Positions 40,719 to 50,906 of a stretch of 64,000 nucleotides of DNA are shown one piece after another. The notes beneath the pieces are model-generated. The model worked only from the letters and a program-made list of their open reading frames with translations, did not search any database and was not told where the DNA came from. The stretch spans positions 20,281,910 to 20,345,909 of the forward strand of contig NC_134031.1 in NCBI RefSeq assembly GCF_964204645.1. The letters run 5' to 3'. Within the stretch, counting starts at the first letter, position 1. Each line of letters begins with the position of its first letter. The translations under genes were made by a program, and so were the position numbers. The stretch comes from Tubulanus polymorphus (taxonomy: Eukaryota > Animalia > Nemertea).

Positions 40719-41218
40719 CTCTCCTCTCTCTCCCCCTCTCTTCTCTCTCCCTCTCTCCTTTCCCCTCCCCCTCTCTAATCTCTCCCTCTCTCCTCTCTCC
40801 TCTTCCCTCTTTCTCCTCTCTCCCCCTCTCTCCTCCCTCTCTCCTCTCTATCTCCTCACTCTCCCTCTCTCCTCACTCTCCCCTTCTCCTTTCCCCTCCC
40901 CCTCTCTAATCTCTCCATCTCTCCTCCCCCTCTCTAATCTCTCCCTCTCTCCCCCTCTCCTTTCCCCTCCCCCTCTCTAATCTCTCCCTCTCTCCTCTCT
41001 CCTCTCCCCTCTTTCTCCTCTCTCCTCTCTATCTCCTCTCTCCCTCTCTCCTCCCCCTTCCCTCTCTAATCTCTCCCTCTCTCCTCTCCCCTCTTTCTCC
41101 TCTCTCCCCCTCTCTCCTCTCTATCTCCTCTCTCCCTCTCTCCTCACTCTCCCTCTCTCCTTTCCCCTCCCCTCTCTAATCTCTCCCTCTCTCATCTCTC
41201 CTCTCTCTCCTTCTCTCC
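40719..41218. repeat. Polypyrimidine (CT-rich) low-complexity tract with higher-order repeats
   Basis: ~500 bp almost only C/T, with recurring CCCCTCTCTAATCTCTCC units. Confidence 0.95.
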
Positions 41219-41817
41219 ATCAGAAATAAATGCCAAATCACAAATGCCCACGCGCTGTCATCTGCATGCGTAGCCACCATTTAAAGGTCGATCGATGTAG
41301 ATCTCGATCAGGAAATGAGCTCAGAATTCGTGAACAGAAACCTAATCTAGTTTTTATTTCGTCGGTGAACAAACAAATGTCACCGGTCCCCGCTAAGTTT
41401 GTTGTCCGCAAACGCGGCCTGTTGACTCAACGCACCGCGCGAACTTGATTCTAGCGCGGAACGAAGAAGAGATCGCTGTACGAAGTTTGATGGAAGATGA
41501 TAGCAGCTGATGAAAGCACTTAATTCCAATTAGCAAATACGATCGCGATGATTGGGGGAAGATCATCGAAGTTGATATGTTGTATTTTGCAAGAGACGGT
41601 TTTTCATATTCCGATCCGTCAACTTCGTGTTCGTCTTGTTTCGCCGCTAACGAACGAACGTAGAGAGAATGTTTGAAACATACATTAGACAATGGTCTGA
41701 ACACACTGTGTCAGATATAAGGTCCAGGCCAACTGATCACACATGATGCCAAATGGGCCCGTGTCTGTTTGACACGGATCAGGCCCGAGCCAAATTATAG
41801 GGTTTAAATCATTGCGT

Positions 41818-41973
41818 CAATCCAGGGTTTATGGGTTCAAACCCTGGTGGCGACAGAGTTTCTTGGTCGAAGGTTCTTCTCTGGTCTCTCCCCCCCCCCA
41901 TTCGGAAGAAGAAACATCGAACCGGCTTATAATGCCCTGCGTGGCGCTTAGCGGGTTGAGGGGGTAAAAGAAA
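41818..41973 (+). mobile_element. 5'-truncated tRNA-derived SINE inserted in a family A MITE
   Basis: 12-bp TSD AAATCATTGCGT at 41806-41817 and 41974-41985. It has a B box (GGTTCAAACCC) and an A-rich tail, and its head matches 36060-36175. Confidence 0.8.
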
Positions 41974-43748
41974 AAATCATTGCGTTCGAATTGTGAATGG
42001 TTCCGGGAAGTGGCTCATTGTTTATTATCAAGTGAGTGATTTACGTATATTAAATGATAAATTGCTTAAACTAATCGAAGTGAGTCACTCCCGGAACCAG
42101 TTGCAATTCACTGGAAATCATTCGACCCGTGCTAGAATTTGGCTCGGGCAAAAAAACATTTGTATCATCGCGGCTTTTGTATCACATCATCGCTGAAGCC
42201 CGCCCAATTGATAAAAACAAATTTGAACTAAATTTGGCAACCACATCCGCGGTTAAAGGGTTAATCGATATAAAAATTGATCCGAATAACGATTAATACA
42301 CAAACATACACAGATTGTAAACAGATGACGATAAATTGATGATGAAATAATGATCCATAACTAAAGAATCAGCGAGCAGTGAGCGGTTAGTGATTGATGA
42401 TGTACGTTCGTCGAGAAACGCAGGATATCGATTTCTCAGTTCGGATAATCAACTGACCGATATTAAAGAGGGCGTGACCTGTTCGCGACTAGAAATCTCA
42501 ACCCATCATCGGTTTGTTCGTTTCGACGACCACTTTGGAAAAATGGCGATTTATTCACATTCCAACCATTTCCAGCATACATGGAGCAAAACTATATATA
42601 AGTATTTACAAATATTTACAAAAAATCGAAAACTTTTGAAAATTAACAAAGTAAATGCAGTTGCGGTACTGATACTTTTAAATACTGATTGAATTTTCAA
42701 ATATAGCAACAAAATTTCTAATTTTTGTTCTAAGACATAAAGTTGAATGCCTCTGTCAACCTCAACACAGGTTTCAGTCCTCATATTAACCTTATTTTTA
42801 ATAAGTTCTAAACAAATTTCTAGGCTTTACTCAAGTCAAATTATAACCATGAAAATTTGTCCCATTTACGAGCTATATCTGAGTTAGATGGTGATTCATA
42901 TATAGGAGTGGAAAAATTGGAATTCTCAAGAGAACCGATCTTACGGTAATCTGAGTTGATCAGATCAAATTTTGAACGAAGCCCAGTGGATGGAATACGC
43001 ACAGTTCCAAGACATGAAACTGACCAGTCCATGGTGGTTTAGGTGATCTGTATGACGCATTAGTACCGGCTGCCATCGCGACTGATGTGATGGATGGACT
43101 CAGTCACCTGTTTGTTATAGCATTGAACCGATGAAAGCATCTGTCATCAGGAGACTGCACAAATCTGTCCCTCGCATGGCGCAGATAACCATTACATCGA
43201 AGAGCAACGACTCTCAGGTCCTGACTCCGGTTATTGCGTGTGTCCGCAGCTTAATTACTCGCGGGGATCAGAAAGATCTGTCTATGTGATTAGCTTTACC
43301 CTGGTAACCGACAGACAATACTTCATCGGTTCCTAACCTAGACTAAACTTAGTTACGAATAATGACTTAAATGTCAAATAAAAAATTTAGCTGCAATGCA
43401 GCGATCAAGGGTTTTTTGCCTAACAGCATCACTAATATGCGTATCTTTGTAATATGTAAACCTGGGTGGATTATTACCTAGATTCTTTACAAACCTATAC
43501 AAATTACATTAGACCCAGGGGGATGATCTGAGGGGGTCAATGAGTATTGGGTTAAGTAAAATCCTAGAAGATTTGGTTGAAATCCATAAAATGATAATCT
43601 AAATCTAAGCTTGATCCACCCCTGGTAATCCATTTAAAAACAAATCATTGATAAATTTTGTATGATTTATGATTTGTATGATTCATTAATCATAAATATC
43701 TATCAAACATTTTTTTGAGTTTATGACAGGTAAACTTGAAATCAATGG

Positions 43749-44693
43749 TTATTTGCCAGAATTTCTACAGCGGATTTTCATACAGAAATATTCACGAATT
43801 TCTCGTCCCAGTAAAAGGTATACGTAAAAATTTACCACGTAGTTACCAAGTAAAAACTGAACAAATATGTCATGTAGAAAATCTCTCTGTTCCGTTGAGA
43901 TTGGTAACAATGAAGTAATAGCAGATGGAAGTGTAAATATAGCAAATGCGAGTGAAACTGTTACAAGCATTATTGTTGTACATTTTGATTTTGTTGTTTT
44001 CTGATCGGAAGAAACCATTTTTGAACCTCTGAATAACTGAACTATTATAATAGAATTTGATGTTATGATGAAAGATAAAGGTAAAATAAGAATGTGAATG
44101 ACAATTATGGAGAAAAGTGTTATTTGGTCTGATAATTTGTAGTAACATCCGAAAAACTGGTCAGAAACATACATCGACAAAATAGGTGTGAAACATATCA
44201 GCAGTACATTTACTGCAGTAATTATCAGTATAATGAATCTAGCGAATGTCGGTGTACATATCAAACGAGATGTGAACGGAAAGAGAACAACTGCCACTCG
44301 TTCAAGAGATATCGCTACTATCAACCACAAACTATTACAGGCTGCAAGGTCCATTATAAATTCATAGATTTGACAACTGATCAGTGAATTCATCATGAAT
44401 ATAGGACCATCTTTAACGTGCGAGAGAATAAACTGTAAAATAGGCATCAGTGCAACATTTATACAGTGTATGGAATCACTGATTGACAAAACAACAAGAT
44501 AGTTAGCGTAAGATAAACTGCGGAATCTACGACTTATCATTATGAGGAAAGTAGCTGAATTTCCGAAGGCTCCAAACAGGAATGGCAGAATGACCAGTGT
44601 CACAGTACGGTAGATTCCAGACTTGTTCACCACAGACATTAGAACGATGTAACTGTTATAAGATCGACCGATCTGAATCTGAGTTGAATTCAT
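43749..44693 (-). CDS. Rhodopsin-class (class A) GPCR, paralog of 38215-39135, single coding exon
   Basis: 314-aa ORF with 7 TM segments. Motifs: GAFGN, LSISD, ISLERVAVVLFP, FAIFTLP, NYVVNFYVYLLLGREIR. Confidence 0.92.
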   Translation of the reverse strand: MNSTQIQIGRSYNSYIVLMSVVNKSGIYRTVTLVILPFLFGAFGNSATFLIMISRRFRSLSYANYLVVLSISDSIHCINVALMPILQFILSHVKDGPIFMMNSLISCQIYEFIMDLAACNSLWLIVAISLERVAVVLFPFTSRLICTPTFARFIILIITAVNVLLICFTPILSMYVSDQFFGCYYKLSDQITLFSIIVIHILILPLSFIITSNSIIIVQLFRGSKMVSSDQKTTKSKCTTIMLVTVSLAFAIFTLPSAITSLLPISTEQRDFLHDIFVQFLLGNYVVNFYVYLLLGREIREYFCMKIRCRNSGK

Positions 44694-44719
44694 GATTAAT
44701 GAGGATCAAATGAGTATGT

Positions 44720-44870
44720 TGAGTGTTTAGGTGTCCTAGCTGACTGAGAGTGTACTGACTGGACTGTCTGAGTGTGCCGACTGTCTGAGTGTGCTGACTG
44801 TCTGAGAGTGTGTTGACTCTCTGAGACTGTACAGACTGCCTGAGAGTGTCTGAGACTGTTCTGGAACTGA
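44720..44870. repeat. Degenerate CTGAGAGTGT/CTGACTGT tandem repeat immediately 5' of GPCR start codon
   Basis: Direct reading. Confidence 0.75.
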
Positions 44871-45145
44871 CAATGTCTTCCCACGTATTGGAAAATTAAT
44901 CCAATTTCAACATAAAGAAATCATTATAAAGTCTACAGTGTATTTCTAAGATTTATCATTGACAGCGAATAGAAAATGAATTCTCAGAAATAGACTCAGA
45001 TTTCGTTAAAGTTTATTATCACGTAAAATATAAATATAACTTGATCACATATAGATATACATTATACAAAATATCTAACAGTAAAATATCTGAACACCTC
45101 GGAAAATGTCTATTAGTTCTATACAGAGAAAACACAGGTGACAAT

Positions 45146-45542
45146 AGCATCAGTTCATGAGAGAAATCCCACAATAACGAAGCCAAGATTGAAAAATTCT
45201 ATATCAGAATGATGTACAGTACAGAATGATGTACAGTACAGAATGATGTACAGTACAGAATGATGTACAGTACAGAATGGTGTACAGTACAGAATGGTGT
45301 ACAGTACAGAATGATGTACAGTACAGAATGATGTACAGTACAGAATGGTGAACAGTACACAATGGTGTACAGTACACAATGGTGTACAGTACACAATGAT
45401 GTACAGTACAGAATGATGTACAGTACAGAATGATGTACATTCTGATATAGAATTTTTCAATCTTGGCTTCGTTATTGTGGGATTTCTCTCGTAAACATCA
45501 TACACGGATATTGTGTATCTTCTCCTCTAAGCATCAGTTCAT
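45146..45542. mobile_element. TSD-flanked palindromic insertion with central 17-bp minisatellite, related to the hammerhead-bearing element at 23.7 kb
   Basis: 13-bp TSD AGCATCAGTTCAT (45146-45158, 45530-45542), perfect 53-bp inverted repeats (45159-45211 / 45438-45490) and ~13 copies of ATGTACAGTACAGAATG between them. Confidence 0.85.
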
Positions 45543-45719
45543 TATTCGACCACATTGCGGGAGAAAGAGTGAAATGTGAAAAAAAAGGAGTACGTAGACT
45601 AAAAGATAGAGAGTGAGGTTCGGGAGGCGGTGTCTTATCGTCGGACTAAATCAGTGTGATAAAGTGCAAATAAGATTGTTTTTATAGATCAGTCAAGCGT
45701 GTTCTAACATGTTTCGCAG

Positions 45720-45929
45720 ATGCCGCCGTTAATCCTTTGTTTCGTACAAATGTCACGGATTCTGCCGGCGACGCTTTTTAGACGACATCCGTGTTTAACT
45801 ATGTCGACCGCTGGAACGCGATGATTATCAGACTTCATCAGTCTTACACCGACGATGACCAACTACATTACGTTCGTTTCATCAAAGGTCGACTTCCATC
45901 TGAGTGCATGAGAACAAATAGACTAATAG
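45720..45929 (+). pseudogene. Orphan pseudo-exon (210 nt, phase 1-1) with one in-frame stop
   Basis: TTTCGCAG acceptor and AG|GTAAGT donor. 70 codons are open except TAG at 45779-45781. Confidence 0.45.
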
Positions 45930-46134
45930 GTAAGTCGTGATGAGTTTTTCTCGAAGCCGTGAAATGCAATCCGGTTATCAGATATTCGATGATTCCCACT
46001 CATTCACAAACGTTATTATCCTATCCATCCTTTTTAGAGACAAGCTTTGCGATATGATATTATCAGTACTGGTCAAGCAACTGGTTTTCAATAGCTGTAT
46101 GTAATACGGGACCTGCTTCCACACTTTTCTTTTA

Positions 46135-46408
46135 AGTTTGAATCTAAAGACTGACCAGGGAGGTGGGAGTCACTCCCCAGTTTGAATCTAAAGACTGACC
46201 AGGGAGGTGGGAGTCACTCCCCAGTTTGAATCTAAAGACTGACCAGGGAGGTGGGAGTCACTCCCCAGTTTGAATCTAAAGACTGACCAGGGAGGTGGGA
46301 GTCACTCCCAAGTTTGAATCTAAAGACTGACCAGGGAGGTGGGAGTCACTCCCCAGTTCGAATCTAAAGACTAACCAGGGAGGTGGGAGTCACTCCCACC
46401 TCCCTGGT
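46135..46408. repeat. 44-bp tandem repeat x6 ending in a 35-bp palindrome
   Basis: Unit AGTTTGAATCTAAAGACTGACCAGGGAGGTGGGAGTCACTCCCC. The last copy extends to ACCAGGGAGGTGGGAGT-C-ACTCCCACCTCCCTGGT. Confidence 0.95.
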
Positions 46409-47581
46409 CTGACTTGGCGTATGTTGACTGCACACTGATTTCCAGCAATTGAGCTCGATCCAGCCAGTTGCTTTCTGATCACTTAGACAATAAACTTAAA
46501 TCATTACGAATATACATATTTCAACTGGTACAATCTTGTTGGCAGTGATGCTGAACTGGTCGTATCAATGTAGGGTTCACCGGTTCTACTGCGGGTAGCG
46601 TCAGAGTTCTTCTCCGGGCTTTCAAAGAAGAACCATCAATAAAAGAAGAAGACACTTTGAACTTGTTAATACCGATACGACGACTCAACGGCCTGACAGA
46701 GATCCGAAATAAAAAACACTCCATTCCCAATATCGATATAATGACGACGAAGAAAAAAGAAAGCAATAACTCTTAGTATTTTATGAGAAAAACGACTTCA
46801 GAAGTCGACGATCAACTGACAACGAGATATAATCTATGATCAATGATCGTCGCAGAGACACAACATGTCAGATCAGTTGATTGTATTCTAATACGGATCG
46901 CGGAGAGTTTAAGCGTTCATTGTCATTCTCGAGCTGATATTTGATTAAATATCCGTCGTTCGACGTTTACGCCAAAATCTTCGCGTCGAATTCGTACAAG
47001 ATTCACGCGTTTATCGTTAAATCAATGACAGCGTTTCGGGTTTCATTTAGAAATTCCGTGAGTTTTCTCTGAATTTTCCATGTTATATAACACAAAATTG
47101 CCAGACTGAAAATCGTAGAATTTCGTCGTTATATATTATGATTCATTTATGAATCGTGTATTGATTGATAATGAAACGAGCGGTCAATAATATCATCCAA
47201 CTTCCCAGTTTTCCGGGACAGTGGCGCCACCCTGATTGAGCTTTACCATTTTTTCTCACGTTTCTCTGACACAAAGAAAATTCCGGTTTGGTTTGGTTGA
47301 TAACTTTTCGATATTTTTTTGCTAAACCTTATTTTCCGGAACTGCGTCCTCAAATTCTATTCTAATCGCATACGATTTCCATATCAACAGGAAATGGTAG
47401 CGTAGCGATGACACGAACATTTCGAGATTTCATCTTTCCGATTAATTATCAACGGATTGCCAGTCATCGGCAACTGAATATCTACCCATCGTCGGTCCAT
47501 CCATAACCGGAGGAAGTGAATTTCATCAATTCCGCTTTTTGAAAACGATATGCCACACAGGACACTTTTGAATATAACCAT

Positions 47582-50500
47582 TAGTCAGTTTGGTGGTACA
47601 TACCTGATATAGGTCTCGATAGGACCACACTGGACCTGCACTAAAACATTGACTTTTAATCCATTCTAAACAGTATTGAAATAATGGCAAAAAAGTCTAG
47701 ACCAGCCGATGACGTGACCTGGCAAAACCTTATTCATCAAACAATGATTGAGTGGATTCTATCATGTCTCGTGCCCTTCGGAAAGTCTAAAAAAATTATC
47801 ACCGGTACAAATTGTATTTACAATCAGGAGGGGTCTACTCATCCAATAAGACCCGATGATTAGATTTAGGCGGTGGGACACGTAACTAACTATGTTAGCG
47901 AACTGGTCAACGAATGTTCAGTAATCACTGGGGTAAAGAATATTCTTTGCGGTGATAATAATCGTCTGATATAATTTCTCATAACCTCGTCGTCCGCAGT
48001 CGTCGGTTAATTCACGGAATATAGCAGAGTGGAGAATCCTGCAGGCCGAGGTTTCTTTCTCTCTAAGATCGTTAAGAGTTAGAAGACCTGAAATACTGAT
48101 TTGGTTCATGGTTGCCCTCTGCACGTAGGAAGATTACAACCATTCTCAGGAACCACGGAGAGCAAACCATGTTCAGGGTCTTGCACTTGACAAATAGGGA
48201 CAGAATACCATTTTCAACTATTTTCGGGATCTTGTCCTCGAATACCAGGGTCAGCAAATCATTTTCATGGTCCTGATTAAACTTCTCAACACTTAACTAG
48301 CATTTAACCTTATAAACAGGGGACGCTAAACTTCAATGATGATTTCCGCGCCACATGGAATAGTTACAGTCGTCACTCACTCGGTTCAGCCGGTGCGATG
48401 AGGCAGGGACGTATAACGCCTGCGCGGTATTAATTTGTAATAACCTGCTGGGTCTATTCCGTGAGAAAATTACCGCCACGACAGAAGACCGAACGACCAT
48501 AATTGGCGACGGAAAGAATGCGAAATGCAGATTTAATTGATAGTGTGGAGAGGCGAGTTTATTCATGAAACTAATAATAATGCTGAGAAAGTGTCTGATT
48601 TCTCCCATAAGGTACGTATGTACTGTCGCGCATAATCATCACATTTATGTGCAAATTGTCCTCAGAGGGGCGATTTATTACATTTGTTTATTTATGTCCC
48701 ATGAAAGCAAAGTAGCTGTTAACGCCGGGAAATCTTGTTTGGTCGATGTTTTTGTGGTATATCCGGTATGCGATACATCAAAAAGTTACCAGTCGCTATT
48801 GGGAAATTAGTTAAACACACTCTCGACTATCTCTCTCTCTCTATGATTAGCCAGTTGATTTCTCACTGAGAACTTTGTTGCGATAGTTCCTGCCGCAGAG
48901 ATACTCACCAGAAAAAACCTATGTGGCTGGTTTTATTAACGCTTTTCTACAATTACAGCCACAAGGATTTCCGAGATTCACAAAGAACTTTGAGGTTGGT
49001 ATAATAATCACTATCCTTCTAGCGTAGCCGTATTGAAATAAAAAAGGTTCATCGAGAACCTACGCGCTTTTTTCAAACTCCTGCCACAGCCACACGTACA
49101 GCTCTTACGTTCAAACAACGACCTTCTCATCTCTAACCTCCTGAAATACTACGTTTCCTCAAGAACTTTATGACTCTTATCATCGCCAAACTCATTACAC
49201 TGTCATAGGTTCACCAAGAACCCATGTGGCTTTCTAATCGCTACTCCCTTGCATAACTGTTACACGGAGATGAACCTTGCTACCTAATCACCAGGACCCA
49301 GTTCTACAGTTGTGAGTTAGAGTTAACCCTGAGTTAAAGTTAGTTCATTTTCAATGAGTTAACCCATAGTCAAATCTTAACTCAGACCTGTGGAACTGGG
49401 TCCGGGATCATACCACAAACTAGCCACACACATGGACACAATACAGTTCAATGGTTTCACCACAAACTACGTTGCTGTTCTATTTATCACAACCCTCCTG
49501 CTATAAGCCCATAGACGTTCACCAAGAACATTCCACTTTTTCAACACTTTTTTAATACAGTCACTTAACTCAAATGGTTAAGACAGAAGCGAGAAGAAAC
49601 CAGAGTGGCTTCTGAGTGGCACGGAGAGCTGACTGAATGATCCCGCGGTTCTGTAAAAAGCTTCTGATGATTGTCATTAGCTTTTTCAAAATTCGCTTTA
49701 TCGGAATTTCTCGGTAATTCCGTTCTTCAATAAGATACAAGTTCGTCGTCGTGTTACCGAAAAATAAAAAAACATGAAACGTATCTTTCCGAAACATAAA
49801 TGGCGAAATCGTGTTCTTTCCGTCATCAAACAATGCCCCAACGCTGCATAGACGATAAATCTTCTTACAGATGAAAAATTCCCTCGCGGTCAATGAGCGA
49901 AAACTAATAATACAATATACTACTTCATTACATGAAACGATAACATTAAGACGACCGGGCGATCGTGTACAGAATTTGTTTTTAATATCCTCGGAAATGC
50001 GTGTGTTTCCGCGACCCGGTCAGCATTTCCTGAGATATTCGAAATGCTGCGTGTGTCATAATAACGGACGACGCATAAATCTAGTCCTGAGACGACTTCA
50101 TAGAATACCAATTATCTCGACGAATCAAGCGAAAAACATATAAGATCACGAGAAACGACGAATGACTGAGAAGGAAGAGTAGGTATTCAGAAGGTGTTCC
50201 GGTCTGATCGCGAGCCTGTCTCTAACTCTGCTAAGTCAACCGCGCACGAGACGGACGAAGCATCTCGCTAAACAGAATTATCTGAAGCACCACATACTCG
50301 ATAGAAGATGCTTTTGTAAACCGGTAAAAAGTCGTACGAGTTTCTGTAAAACCACGAACTGTCACGTCTTGTTCGTTGATACGACATTTTTCTAAATGCG
50401 CTCAGATAGGTCTAAAACTGATTATACCATCGAGTGCTCGGTGCAATCGAATAAAGATTCAGAAATTCAACTCGTAAATTCTATCGAATAAGTTGATACG

Positions 50501-50906
50501 AAACAATCGAATTTGAACCTGAAATCTAGTTCAGCACGATCTCATGAAGTAAAAGATATTTTTGTAAATTCTGTCGAATGCTTAGTCGGCTTGTGGCAGA
50601 CTAAGCAAATTTCATCGGGTGAATTGATTTTTGCCAAAATAGCGTCGTGCCAATACACGTGATGTGAATCTTTCAAGCGAATCAGTTCACACATATCAAA
50701 CATGCTGTAGATATTGCCACCAAATTTCAATCCGTGATGCTAATTTCGTACGGTATTTTAGCAAAGAGTTAATACACTGTCCCTAATGTCTATTTCAACT
50801 TTCAATACAGTTTCAAATGGATTAAAAAATGATGATTTAGGTCGACTGCCTGTCCTTTCTGGTCCTACTAAGACCTTAATCAGGTATGTACTACCAAAAC
50901 TGACTG
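47582..50906 (-). mobile_element. Decayed 3.3-kb TIR DNA transposon, probably Academ (AcademH-like) with RecQ helicase remnants
   Basis: ~45-bp imperfect TIRs: TAGTCAGTTTGGTGGTACATACCTGATATAGGTCTCGATAGGACCA versus the reverse complement of 50860-50906. Broken minus-strand ORFs at 47880-48290 resemble the RecQ N-lobe (LFVKCKT, MVVIF, NDLREKETSAC, YQTIIITAKNIL, FVDQ). Confidence 0.55.
49295..49402. mobile_element. Palindromic MITE, family B (Harbinger-like, CWG target), nested in the 47.6-50.9 kb element
   Basis: GACCCAGTT...AACTGGGTC termini, almost fully palindromic. Similar termini at ~2291-2452, ~6316-6425, ~7101-7200 and 60080-60188. Confidence 0.7.

Noticed and set aside
41393-41704. 103-aa ORF (and similar 100-aa ORFs at 42390-42692 and 51082-51384)
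   Set aside because: No recognisable domain, splice context or partner exons.
45155-45505. Cys/His-rich ORFs (CTVHHSVLY repeats) resembling metal-binding proteins
   Set aside because: They are translations of the 17-bp minisatellite.
46135-46408. CRISPR-like regular repeat with internal palindrome
   Set aside because: The units are contiguous and near-identical with no unique spacers. There are no cas genes and the context is eukaryotic.
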